From Malacoraja senta (lineage: Eukaryota), in contig CM075980.1 in assembly GCA_038087875.1 (NCBI GenBank), forward strand, positions 9,300,001 through 9,364,000: a DNA stretch of 64,000 bases, written 5' to 3'. A program made the translations under genes and the position numbers. The notes beneath the pieces were generated by a model. That model saw nothing but the letters and a program-made list of their open reading frames with translations. It was not told where the DNA came from and made no database searches. This document shows, one piece after another, positions 10,620-23,200 of the stretch. How positions within the stretch are numbered: position 1 is the first letter of the stretch; each line of letters begins with the position of its first letter.

Positions 10620-12224
10620 CAAGATGGCAACTTGTTTCTCCTACGTGAACTTGGTGTTTATGATCCTTTATCTCCATCCCTACAACACTCCGAGAAATCT
10701 GCGCTCACCTAACCGTGGCTTCTTGATCATCGTGGAATTTAACGCCTTCACATACTGACAGTTGTGCTTCAAAGTTGTTAAATTCTGGAATGATATCATC
10801 AAGCTCTATTTTCTCCTTTCTTCCCCGATGTTCATGAAACCTGTTCCTTTAACAGAAATACCGATTCTCTGATTTGAAGTATCCTCAAATGGCGGGTTTC
10901 GTCCGAGACTGCTGCTATTGATCACTTTGCTTCAATATAAGCGTAATGCAAACGAAAACTGTTGCCGTTTCCTGAAGAAATGTTCGGGAAATTATGAGAT
11001 TTTATTAGTTTTCGGTATATTGTGGATACGGAGAATACCAACTCTGACAGTGGGCCAAATCGAATCATTGGAAGCATCCAAATGAAAGTTAATAAACATT
11101 TGGCAAGGGATGTTGGTGAATTAAATGGGATATTTTTTAAATTGCAAATACCCATTAGGGCAACTTGCGCGAAGTTGATTTCTGATCGTTTTAATGATAC
11201 CATGAGGGTGAAGTGGCGTTTCGACGGGTTTACATGCGCTCCCGACAACAGCGCTAAAACTAATTGTCAAGGAAAAGGTAAAAAAACAAATATTTAAACG
11301 CTTCGCACGGCACCATTTCAATTCCCTTTACGCGAAAGTGTGGAGGATTGTTGCAAGTCTGATTCAGCTCCGAAATTAGAAACAAGAGCAGAACCGTATT
11401 CGGGTTCATTTCTCGTTCAGCTAGCCATTGCCACCTTAGCTGATCACATTTGTGTGGATATGCCGTCAGACACTTTGTACCCACCTTGTAGTACCTGCAA
11501 GGGATTTTGATGCTGGTTCTCCGATTGTCATCGAGCGTATGATGCAGCAGAAAACACAGCCTGTTCATTATGCTGTTAAACATGATCCCTCTGATTGTTG
11601 ATTTTATTTACGGGCAGGCAGTTGGTAGACCGACATGTTAAAAAGCTTAAAAGAGCGAGACATCATTTTGCCATTTTCGGATAAATTAGTGCAGAAATGG
11701 GCACACAAGTATACGAGGTTATTGCTGAATTGCCTAGAATCGAAAGATTGGAAGGATATATTACAGCTTTAAATTCAGCTTTAGCTTGATATGGTTTTTT
11801 AAGTCCGAATATGTTGGATGTTAAACCCAGAGCTGTCTCGATATGTGTCAGAAGGTATTTGAATCTGACAAAACATTTCCTGAGTTTTACCTTTCATATT
11901 GCTGACCGCCACAATCCTTGAATCAATGGACTTTCTGGACGATGTGGAAGATTCACTAATAAGTAACATTCTAAAGACTATTCCGGGAAAGAATTGGGAT
12001 TACTGTTTAAACAAGCATTAATTTGGAAATGCTGCTCATTCTGCCAGGATGAGGTGTGATTCCATTTTTCCTTCCCGTTTCCATGATCTGAAGAAAATCG
12101 TAGGCCACATGTTTTACCAAACCTCGGATATTCGCACAGTAAAAATTAACTTATCATGTTTCTGCTGTATAAAATGAGGTTTATAAATCAACGGTAATTG
12201 TAAAGCCAGTGCAGTACACCGCCA

Positions 12225-12700
12225 TAGAGCCACAGTCATAGAGTTATGCAGCGGTGGAACAGTCCTGAAGTCCACCTATTTCATGCCGACCGAGGTGCCC
12301 TACTTGAGCTGGTCCCATTTGCGCGTGCCAGGTCCATATCTCTTTGATCCTTTCTTATCCAAGTATTAATTGAAATGTTTTTTTAAATGGTGTTATTGTA
12401 CCTGCCTCATCAACTTCGCCGGGGAACTCTTTCCATGGAGTCAACGCATTATGTGTACAAATGTTGCACTGAACCTAAACCCTCTAATTCTTCATTCTCC
12501 TATTATGGGGAAAACCATAAGTATTCCGTGCGCTAACCCTATGTATTCCCCTCGCGATTTTGTATACCGCCATGCGATCACCCTAAGGACTTCTACATAC
12601 CAAGGACTAACGTCCTCGCATGTCCAATCTATGCCTATAGTTCAGGCGTTCGAAACCTGGCACCGTCGTCGTAAATCTTGCCTGGAGTCGTTCCAACTGA
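12225..12700 (-). mobile_element. Old, highly decayed CR1 3' end in J-C intron (copies ~29060-29540, 50350-50800)
   Basis: Patchy similarity to the reverse complement of the CR1 3' fragment at 1513-1752 (e.g. AAATGTTTTTTTAAATGGTGTTATTGTACCTGCCTCA). Confidence 0.65.
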
Positions 12701-12767
12701 ATCGATTCTGACTTTTAACGTCAACTGATAAATAACTCACTTGAATTTATTTCAATTCTATTTTCAG

Positions 12768-13090
12768 GTCCGCGGCCCCCCACCGTTTCCATTCTGGCGC
12801 CTTCAATGGGTGAAGTCACCGCAAAAAGTACCGCCACCCTGGTGTGTTTGGTGAGCGGGTTCAATCCGGGCGCTGTTGACATTGAATGGACCGTAGACGG
12901 CAGTGCGAGAAGTAATGGCGCTGCGACCAGCCGGGTCCAGCAGGAGAAGGACAACTCGTTCAGTGCGAGCAGTTACCTGACTCTGCCAGCCTCCGACTGG
13001 AACTCACACGACCTTTACTCCTGTGTGGTTAAACACGAAACCCAGGCAAACCCGATTAAGGCCAATATCGCCAGATCCAGTTGCCTCTAA
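12768..13090 (+). CDS. IGLC: Ig lambda light chain constant exon, cluster 1
   Basis: TTTTCAG acceptor (12761-12767). Phase-1 join gives S-PRPPTVSILAPS..ATLVCLVSGF..IEWTVDG..SSYLTL..YSCVVKHE..SSCL-stop with a penultimate Cys. Confidence 0.97.
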
Positions 13091-13269
13091 TTCAAAGGAT
13101 GAAATTCCCGATTTGCTACATTTCTTTGTAAATTAATCCAATATTCAGATATCGAATGTTCGCTTTAACAGGGTATTTGTTCAAACGCAGCACGTGTGCA
13201 TTTTGTTGCCTTGAATGCGCTGTCCGTATTTTACGATGAACTGAAAAACAATAATGTAACATTTAATGC

Positions 13270-13275
13270 AATAAA
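13270..13275 (+). terminator. Candidate polyadenylation signal AATAAA, cluster 1
   Basis: 180 nt after the C stop and conserved in clusters 2 and 3. A second AATAAA lies at 13341. Confidence 0.7.
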
Positions 13276-14069
13276 CCCGATTATTCTATTTACGATGCAT
13301 CGTTGTCATTTTACTGTGCAAATGTCCTTGCCTTCAATAGAATAAAAACAATAATGTCCGATGATGCCAGTGTATATAAACTGTCATTTAGTGAAACGTC
13401 GTTATATTTCAAATAAACTGCGTTTTCATGATTGATGATGATCCATGTGTTAGGACAGCTGAAGGGACTGCTTGCAAGTACCCCCCCGATTGAAGAAATT
13501 AGGTGCAAATCCGTGTCTCCTATTTTGGATATACCAGAAATACGGAAGGGCAGTCCGTTACGCTAATATGCTTAAATGACCCAAATGTCTCAAATCGATC
13601 CGCACAAAATATCACAATGTATCAGTTTATTCCATGAAAACGCGATGAAAAGTGTGGTTTGACGAATTCGTAAACCGCGGCATTACCGTGGTCCTAACTC
13701 AGCTCAACATGAATCACCAGAAGTGGTCATATATTTAAACAATGTAACGAGAGGAATAAAGTTCAGGCTCGGCGGGGTGAGCGCTAGACTCATCTTGAAG
13801 GGGGGCTTCGCGCCAACAATTAACCGAAGTAAAAGTAGTTACTTCGCGATTCCCAGAAATGGGATAAACAGCTTTCGGGATATGGCAACTGCTTGGATGT
13901 TCTTCTCTGGGAATTAAAAAAATGTTTAACAGGAGGAATAAATTGGGAGAATTTATGTACTGTGGCTGGGGAAAATCTGCTTCCGATGTGGGTAAGTCCT
14001 ATCTGGAGAGACCCTCCAGTATGATGTCAATTTCCAGTCATAAAATAACAGGTTGGGGACGTGTGCTGT

Positions 14070-14365
14070 CTATTTTCACCCCATCCCTTCCTCCACGGTT
14101 ATCATTCACTCCCTTTCCCCCTTATTTTATGGCTGATTTCACTTCTTGTTCACCCCCAGCCTTTGCCAAGTAACCCCCACCGCCATCTGCTAATCAATCC
14201 CCTCTCACATGTATCCACCTATCACTTGGCAGGCTGTATTACACCTCATATCTATTTTCCAGCTTTCTCCCCTCTGTTCCAATTACTCTGCAGAAGGTTC
14301 TCAACCTGAAATGATGCCTCGCCATTCTAATCAGATGTTGCCTGACCCGGCGAGTCATGTAGAGT
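14070..14365 (+). mobile_element. Penelope-like 3' terminal region with degenerate hammerhead core (copies ~30905-31200, 52180-52475)
   Basis: Pyrimidine-rich stretch, then CTGCAGAAGGTTCTCAACCTGAAA and CAGATGTTGCCTGACCCGGCGAGT, related to the terminus at 6748-6838. Confidence 0.6.
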
Positions 14366-15058
14366 CCAATGGCGATGTCTTGTTTTGCTGGATTTGTCCG
14401 GTATTATGATTACCTCTCTGATCGAATTTACCTCTTCAATCCACTTCTTGTCAGAAAAAACATAATCTCGGAGGCCCCATTAATTAAATAGAGAGCCGAG
14501 ATTAGAAAGTGAGAGTAGAAAGAAAAGTAACGTTTTATCCTTAAATATATACTATTTTCATTTTCTTGAATCAGCTTTTTCAACGATATAATTAATTTAC
14601 AAAGTGAGATTTTTTTAAAGAGACAAAACTCGTATTTTATAGTCTTACAGCCGCTTGTAAAATTGAAGTAATTAGGCGGGGAAAGCCTCAAAGTTAGTGA
14701 CAGAAGGAGAAACTCCGTCCTCAGCATTACCCTCTCTTGATCCAGGGCCAAGGCTTGATTGCTGGCGTGCATGAAGCGGACAACTCCTGGGGCCTTGTGG
14801 CTACCTTCCGCATCCGAAGCAGGCAAATCTGGACGGACGGCGGACCACATCTGGAACAATTCGCATGATATACGATTACAATTCGATACCCAACATTCTC
14901 ACAATTCCACTTGTGAAGCTCACTACGTATATTTATCAGTTAATGCAAAAGTCGTTACAAAGCCACAAATGACCGATATTTCCCACCATGGCCACGGTAC
15001 ATTATGATTCGTTCTTCACTAAAGGCTGGAGCTACGAACGTTTCCAAACAACGGAGAG

Positions 15059-15351
15059 GGGCACATTGGCCCAGCGCTGGAGGTGCTGCCTCACAGCGCC
15101 AGGGACCCGGGTTCAATCCCGACTATGGCTGCTGTCTGTATGAAATTTGTACATTCTCCCCAGAGCCGCGTGGGATTTATCTGGGTGCTCCGGTTTCCTC
15201 CCACGTTCCACAGACGTACAGATATTTTTAGATTAATTGCCTTCTGTAAATTGTCCCTATTGGATGGATATACTGTATGGGCTGATTGCTGGTCGGTGTT
15301 GACTCGATTAGCCGAAGGGCCTGTTTCCACGCTGTACTGAAGTAAACTAAA
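15059..15351 (+). mobile_element. tRNA-derived V-SINE (HE1-like)
   Basis: A box TGGCCCAGCGC (15067), B box GGTTCAATCCC (15110), V-domain core GGGTGCTCCGGTTTCCTCCCAC, CR1-type 3' tail GCCGAAGGGCCTGTTTCC and (TAAAC)n end. Confidence 0.88.
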
Positions 15352-15472
15352 CACTTGCGTCCACGAACTTACTGGATTGGAATGCTCGTCCGTTTCTTCA
15401 CTTCCTAGTTCAGTTGCAAAAATAAGACAAAGTGTCTTATTTGTCCCGACAACTGTGCGCCCCCCCCCCCCC

Positions 15473-15676
15473 CAGCGTCAGAGACACGGGTTCGATCTCG
15501 GCTACAGGAGCTTCTCTGTACGGAGTTTGTACGTGCACACCGTGACCTGCGTGGGGTTTCTCCGAGAACTTCGGTTTCCTCCCACACTCCAAAGGATAGT
15601 GTTAATGTACGGGGATCGCTCGTTGATGCGGACTCGGTGGGATGACTGGCCTGATTCCGCTATATCTCTAAACTAA
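15473..15676 (+). mobile_element. Second V-SINE, A box deleted in this unit
   Basis: B box GGTTCGATCTC and core CGGTTTCCTCCCACACTCCAAAG present. The unit-2 homologue (32796-33045) has ~120 bp more upstream, including the A box. Confidence 0.85.
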
Positions 15677-15899
15677 ACGAATGCCTTTGAAACAGGCTGT
15701 CGCTTTACAGTCCAACTTCATCATACCCTTCTCCCAACCCATTCAATGCCAGAGCTTGTACTAGACTTTGTTGAACATAACAAAGTCGCTGACAGATCAG
15801 AGCAGTAATTCCACAAACATTTGCATGTAAACAGAAACCCCTTTTATTTATTCCCCATCTGAACCGTAATTCCACGATTAAACATCGATATCGCCAAAA

Positions 15900-16445
15900 C
15901 GACGCAGGTCGGTGGACTCATCGATCGTGTTCCACTCGCGGAGACATGAGTTCCCTGGGCCTCATCTTTTACCCCACCAGCCTCTGCATCCAACACATAA
16001 TTCACAGACATTTTCGTCACCTCCCAACGTGATCCCACCACTAAGCACATCTTCCAATCTCCAACCTTTTCCGCATTCCGCAGAGACCATTCCCTCCGCA
16101 ACTCCTTGGTTCACTCATCGCTTTCCACTGAAGCAAATGTCCTTATTCCTCCACCGTCAGCTCCACCCAGCGACCTCGGCAGTGAGATTCACATGCACCT
16201 CCTCTAACCTTCTCTCCTCGATCTGGTGTTCCGGATGTGGGCTACTGAACATCGGCTAGACCAAGCGTAGACTCGGCGACCGTTTAACTGAACTTGCGAA
16301 GGCCTACTAGATCTCCCGGTGGCTAGCCCCTTTAACACCCCCCCCCTTCCCATTACACTGACCTTTCCGGCCTGGGCCTCCTCCATTGTCAGAGCGTGTG
16401 TACACGTACATTGGAGGAATAGCAACACATTTCGCTCGGGTAGCT
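15900..16445 (+). mobile_element. Penelope-like element GIY-YIG endonuclease remnant
   Basis: Translation RFTCTSSNLLSSIWCSGCGLLNIG*TKRRLGDR and DLSGLGLLHCQS..TLEE resembles the PLE GIY-YIG domain, interrupted by stops. Confidence 0.8.
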
Positions 16446-16449
16446 GATT

Positions 16450-16830
16450 GGTCACCTATCCTCACAGATTGTGGTCCGTTGGTCAGGAGGGTACTGATTC
16501 CGTTCCAATAGTTTGGAGATGAGCTTGCTTAGGATAATGGTATTGAAAGCAGGGCTCTGGTCTATGAATATGAGTCTATTGTAGGTGCTCGTCTCATCCA
16601 GATGTTCTAGGGACAAGTGTAGGTGCCAGAGAGATGGCATCAGCAGTGGACCTGTTGTGGTAGTAGGTGAACTGCTGTAGATCAAGGCTGCTTGGTAGGC
16701 TGAATCTAGCCGCTCCAGAAGCAATTCGTAATGGTGGATGTCAAGACATCTGGACGGTAGTCATTAAGGCATGAGATCTCGATGTTGTTTGGCATCGAGG
16801 AGATAGTGGTTTTCTTGATGCATGTCGGTA
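16450..16830 (-). mobile_element. Rex1/Babar RT fragment, decayed
   Basis: Minus peptides [28 protein letters not shown] align with [34 protein letters not shown] of the element at 36926. Confidence 0.8.
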
Positions 16831-19368
16831 CCTCAGAATTAATTCCCGGTCTACAACTAGACCAGTCCCGTTCACCAGAAAGAGCATGATTTTTCGATGA
16901 TCAACATTGATATCCTACACCCAGTAGCAAGTCGAACATATCCATGCTTTGACCCCATTTTCCTTTCCCCCGCGAGGCTTCGTTTGCGTTTGATGGGCGA
17001 CGAGTATTTTGGAAATACTGGTCAGCGTTTAGTGTTTCATCAACGCAGTATTCCTCACCCTCCATACGAGCTTGGATATTTGGCCCAGCAAGCTCCTGCC
17101 ATCACACCTTCGCGGCGCCACTTGGTTTATTTACACTCAGAAATGACAAGGAACAATAATCTTGCTGATAGTCCCTCCCCACGAACCCCTATTCGCCAAC
17201 GACATCTCTTCCCTACTCTAGAACCATTGGTGCTGGCCAGTGGCAGATCCGTCGATGGTTCTTTCCTGGGATCCTTAAACTCATCCCGTTGTTCCATGGC
17301 TTTAATGTTCACATCAATGGTAGGCTCTTCTGCGTTCCGGCTGTATTTCGTAAGATTATGTTGGTTCTGGTACAGTGAAATTGCAATGCAGTTTGTGGAA
17401 GTAGGTTGGCCAGACCAGGCATGAAGGACAATTTACATGGTAAAATTGTTCCACTTCCAACGGTGTCAGATGGTGTAACCTGAATCCAATGAATTCCAAT
17501 GGTGTAACCTGAATACAATAATTCACATTTTTAAATGACCTTTAAAATAAATAAATTTGAAATATATGTATAAAACTGCAACAGTTTCAGAAGGAAATGT
17601 CACTTCCTAATAAAAAAAAAGAGCAGGGGTCTAAAATTTGGTCAACAGAGATGGCTTTTGAGGTCAGCTACAAGGAGGAGTACAAAGTAGTGAGATGAAG
17701 ATATGTTTGTGTGAACTTCCAGAGATTTGGGATTTGCCAGGTGAAGACTGACGCCAATAATAAAAATAGTTAAAGCCAGGGATGCTTTTAGGTCCAGAAT
17801 TTGAGACCTCCTGCTCTTTCCAGTTGATATATTCTTTGTGCCTGATCAGCTATTTATTAAAAATGTTCCTCCTATTGAGGTAGTTAGTCTGGTGAAATGA
17901 ATAATGGGGTTTTCAATGAAATTAGGCGAGAATCAAAATATAGAACTATATCTTTTAAAGGTGCCTCGACTGCAAGCTACTGTGATATATATTCAATTGC
18001 ATTGCTGTACTTTAGTAAATTTCACCAGTTGTTATATCCATCATGTACTGCATTTACAACTCATAAGTCTGCGTAACAACCTGGGGGCTCTCGTGAAAAC
18101 TCACATTTGTTCTGCAATTTGGTTGTCTTCCGGAAGAAAACGCAGAGGGAAATATCTCTTATTCCCGGTTAGACTTAATTTCACAGAAGAAATGGTAGTA
18201 CAAGTCTCGCATAATATTACGTAAATAAATGATTGGAAAGTTTATGAAATTGCATTTATTTGAAAGCATATCATTCGTAAATAACAATATAATTGGGAAC
18301 AATTCCTATGCTTAAATGATCACAAGTGGATGGATCTCAGTTCACAACCGTTGGTTCTTGATTCTCCTACTCTGGGTAAAAGAGTAGAGGACGAAAGTTT
18401 AAGGTGAGAGGGGAATGATTTAATAGTAACCTGAGGGGCAACATTTTCGCACAGAGGTTGGTGAGTATATGGAACGAACTGCCACAAGAGGTAGTTCAAA
18501 CAGGTACTATAACAACATTTAAAAAAACATTTGGCCAGGTACATTGATAGGAAAGGTTTAGAGGGATACGGGCCAAACGCGGGCAGGTGGGACTCGTTGG
18601 GCCGAAGGGCTGTTTCCCTACTGAATAACTCCAAGTGATACATGCTTACAGCGGATCTGCAGAAATCATCGGTACCTGTACAAAAAGAAGCCCAGTTGGA
18701 AGAGGAATGCGGGTGCTGTTGAGCAGGAGCACTCATCTCTGTATCTTAAAATAAAGTTGTCTGGCGGCTCACAATAACCCAAGATGTAGCTTCGAGTAAA
18801 TTTTCATCCTGCATGATGTGGCGCAGCTTCGACGATGTTCTGTGGTCCCTGCCGTTATCTTGCTCCTAGATGCTGAATCAATCCAAAAATAGGGACATCA
18901 TCTGCAGCACCTTTGGGATATTCACAGTTCTTGTCATTTGTGGGGAGGCAAATGCAAACTGCTTGATGTGAAAATACTGGTATTGCCCAAATGTTCGTCT
19001 CTGTGCCGTACAGTCTTACAACAGTAGATGGCAGCATTGCATCGGTTATGAAATAATGTTCATTTATTGCGGAGATAGGACAAATGGTCAATTATCACTG
19101 TAGCAAAATTACGATAATGTGCTTGCCCATAAACCCATCTAATGTCTACTCATTTAGCGATTATGGGTGTGGATGCGAATATACTAAGTGAGGAGCGGCT
19201 TTAACTTTTGACACATGACAGTAAAAAAGACGGAGGAAATAAACTTACTGAATGCTCGCACGTGGAGAAACAAACACAAAATATTTTTCCTCGTAAGTGC
19301 AATTCATAGTGACATAGTATTAAAAAAAGAGTTCGGACAAACAACATACAAGCAGCTCGCTCTGGGTA

Positions 19369-20240
19369 AAGGATGTAATAGGCTGGGTGAGTGGGCAAAT
19401 GCATGGCAGATGCAGTATAATCTGGATAAATGTGAGGTTATCCACTTTGGTGGCAAAAACAGGAAAGTAGACTATTATCTAAATGGTGGCCGATTAGGAA
19501 AAGGGGAGATGCAACGAGACCTGGGTGTCATGGTACACCAGTCATTGAAAGTAGGCATGCAGGTGCAGCAGGCAGTGAAGAAAGCGAATGGTATGATAGC
19601 ATCCATAGCAAAATGATTTGAGTATAGGAGCAGGGAGGTTCTACTGCAGTTTTACAGGGTCTTGGTGAGACCACACCTGGAGTATTACGTACAGTTTTGG
19701 TCTCCAAATCTGAGGAAAGACATTCTTGCCATAGAGGGAGTACAGAGAAGGTTCACCAGACTAATTCCTGGGATGTCAGGACTTTCATATGAAGAAAGAC
19801 TGGATAGACTCGGCTTGTACTCGCTAGAATTTAGAAGATTGAGGGGGGATCTTATAGAAACTTTAAACATTCTTAAGGGCTGGACAGACTAGATGCAGGA
19901 AGATTGTTCCCGATGTTGGGGAAGTCCAGGACAAGGGGTCACAGTTTAAGGATAATGGGGAAATCCTTTAGGACCGAGATGAGAAAAACATTTTTCACAC
20001 AGAGAGTGGTGAATCTCTGGAACTCTCTGCCACAGAAGGTAGTTGAGGCCAGTTCATTGGCTGTATTTAAGAGGGAGTTAGATGTGGCCCTTGTGGCTAA
20101 AGGGATCAGGGGGTACGGAGAGAAGGCAGGTACAGGATACTGAGTTGGATGATCAGCCATGATCATATTGAATGGCGGTGCAGGCTCGAAGGGCCGAATG
20201 GCCTGCACCTGCACCTATTTTCTATGTTTCTATGTTTCTA
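19369..20240 (+). mobile_element. CR1 LINE 3' fragment, unit 2 copy
   Basis: Homologue of 2500-3368 (ORFs 19215-19616, 19662-19892, 19904-20143) with extra stops and frameshifts. Confidence 0.92.
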
Positions 20241-23200
20241 ATAGAAATCTACCGCGTGGGCAGAAGATACTGATGCAGTCTCCGATTATAACGGTAGATG
20301 GCGGTGCAGTACCTTACTTCTGTGCTGAAGCTCAACACGCCAATTCTGAAATGGGTCAACCGCAATATTATGTGTCTGAGCTCACGTATAGACCAGACCA
20401 GCAATAATTGGATTATTTTCCCCTTGAAGGATATATTTGGGATCCAGTTGTTTTGTAATAATCAATCAAACACCGTGATGTTTCTTTTGAAAGATTCTAG
20501 ACACTTAACAGAATTTAGATTCCACATGTTCTCTTTTGAAAGGCCTCTGCGTTCGTAATGATGTGATTTCGGTTTGATACCATTGCTTATCTGCACTTCC
20601 TTCACCTTTGCAGGGAGCGATTTGGCGGAATCTTTCACTGCATAAAAATATTCTCCTTTCACAGTTTTCTGATTCTGCTACGGTATAACCAGCTCGAGAG
20701 CTAACCTCTCCGGTTACTCAATACTATGTTCTTTGCAACCCAACATATATCACAGGTTTTGCTCACTACTCTCGCGATGTATCTTTCTACCTTGCCAGAT
20801 GTGTGCTCATGAACCTAAAGTCCCTCTGTTCCTGCGCACTATGAACTACATTGCCCCCCCCCCCCGCCTTCCATACACGAGGCAAAATTTCCTAGCTCAT
20901 ACTTCTCTGTGAGAGATTCCATTCATTATTCATCTGCTCATTCTCGTGTCATATTTAAATTTGAAGTGCACGCAGAGTACTCCTCTCTCTCTCTGCTGCG
21001 TGTAAGCCGCTATTCTATCACGATTGTCGATGTGAATATATTGCTGTCGGTAGAGAACTCAACTAGGTATGGGAATAGAGGAGAATGAAATAATTGGCCA
21101 AAATGTTCGTGCATACTGAATGTGAATAATAAGAATGTTACCTTATATATCTCCGGGAGAGCCTTTAATTTCCCCCCCGACAAACATGAAGACAGTTGCA
21201 AACAGGATTTTGTACATTTGATTGTGTTTGCTTTATCTATGACTAGCCCAAAATCGAAGCTCTGGACAATGCGGAGTGGTTGCTTTGAATTTATTGTTGC
21301 TATTCTCCATTACATAGTTTATTGTATTTGATGGACCTGTTCGGCAAATTCTGAGTAATTGTGGGTCTGGAGTCACATACATTTTAGACTTTTCCTTCTT
21401 AAAGTAACTGAAATCACTTTTAATTACAACCCAATAGCGTCATGCTTGCGTTACCAATTCCAGCTTTTAATTTCAGATTTACTTTAACTCTGATATCAGC
21501 GCCATATCACAGAATTATATTGAATTCAGTTATCTCCAATTGAGCTGAATATCAAAAAGACTACAGGTAAGATACGTGATTCATTAATTCAAAGAATATT
21601 AATGTTTGTTTTGCGTCTTATTCTATCACGAATGCACAATAATGGCGTTCCACGTTGAACTGGGGAGAAGAACACGAAATATACATGAATATCATTCTCC
21701 ACTTCCATTAGTGACATTACTTCAGACCTCCATGAGCTGCATTTGCCATCTACATCTACCATTCAGATGTCCGCACTCACCAAGCTTATTTCTTCAGATC
21801 TGGCCTGGCAGTTGTCTCCAGCTTTCTGCAAGGAGACCCTGAACGCGGGCTCGGACTGGGGTGAGTAGGTCTGAGAGAGCCGCGGCAACGGACTTGCCCT
21901 TGTGACAGGCAGGCTACATCCATCCCCAGATTTCCATGTCCTCTAGAGATGCTGCACGACCCGCTGAGTTTCTCCAGCACATTGTGTTTTTTTTAAATCA
22001 GCAGCTGAAGTTGTCAGTACCCCCCAAGGTTTCCATCTATAAATTTGCCAAGGTGTTTGGTTCTGAATATCAATGAAAGTCATAAAGATAAAAAATACGA
22101 CGGCATGAGATGAACGCTATTCTCTTAAAAGAAACAAACAGAAAATCAAATTACATCTCATTTAACACTGAGAACTCTTGCTTGCAGAAACATCGCAGGC
22201 ACGTGGACTGAGACAGAAAAAAACACACAGGAACAAATTATACATCAATTATACATACAAATCTGAAAGAAACAAACAAGATTGCGTCCTAAAACATAAT
22301 AATATAAAACATGTCGATAGTGTGCAAGGAATGGGGCATGGTGTCCCTTTGTTGAGGCACGATTAGGGTTATGTAGGTCGTTCCAAAAACTGGATAGTTG
22401 TAGGCAAGTAACTGTTCTTGAACCGGCTGGTGTACTTTCTGTAGTAGATCTGTAAAAGTTTGTTGGAGTATTTGGAGACATAAAGTATTTCTTTAAAATT
22501 CTTTGAAAGTAGAAGCATTGGCGCTCCTTCGTGGATGCATTTGTTTGCTGGGCCTGGGACAAGTCATCCACGATGTTAATGCCGTGAATTTAAAGCTGAT
22601 AACTCTCTCCACCACTGCTCCACCAAAAACAAACTGGGCTGAGGTCCCCGGACTTCCTCTTTCTGAAGCCAGCGACCACTTCGGTCTTGTTGCTTTGGAG
22701 CGAAAGGTTGTTGTTCTGACTCCACTCAACCAAGTGTTCATCTCTCTTTATGTTCACGCAGCACCATCAGCGATTCATCAAAACAGAATGGTGTCGGGGG
22801 TGAATTAATAGATGACTTTGGAGCTGTGGGTGTAAAGGAAGTAGCCATGGGTGTAAAGAAAGTAGAACAGGGTGCAAAGCACGCAGCCTTGAGATGGTCA
22901 ATGGGGAGGAGATGATGGTCAATGGGGAGGAGATGATGTTCCCCATCCGCACTCGGTCACTTGAAGCTAATTCACCAAACAGTAAAATGGAGACTAATCT
23001 GATTGTAACCTCTGATGTGCGGTCCCATCCACCTCTGTAACATATCACTACCCACCTTGTTTATTAGGAATATTTATACCTTTGAAAAATAATACCACAT
23101 TTTCAGAAACGTAATTGATGAGGCTTTCTCCATTCTGATAGATATGTTTGTTTCTTCACTTTTGAAGTAGGCATTTATTTTTGTGTAACCGGTGACGTTT

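Noticed and set aside
12721-12954. Antisense ORFs over C exons and the many 60-110 aa ORFs repeated in each unit
   Set aside because: Shadow frames of real exons or of TE remnants, conserved only because the units are recent duplicates.
10025-13090. Assignment to kappa, sigma or sigma-cart light-chain classes
   Set aside because: WYWQKP..PVFVW, GIPDRF.GS.DSS.N.MHLTITNVQSED and the C-region ATLVCLVSGFNPGA..IEWTVDG match my recollection of shark lambda (type II) chains. This was not confirmed by database search, and a phylogeny would settle it.
15059-15125. A/B boxes as tRNA genes (also 32315, 32796)
   Set aside because: They continue into the V-SINE core and a LINE-derived tail, with no complete cloverleaf.
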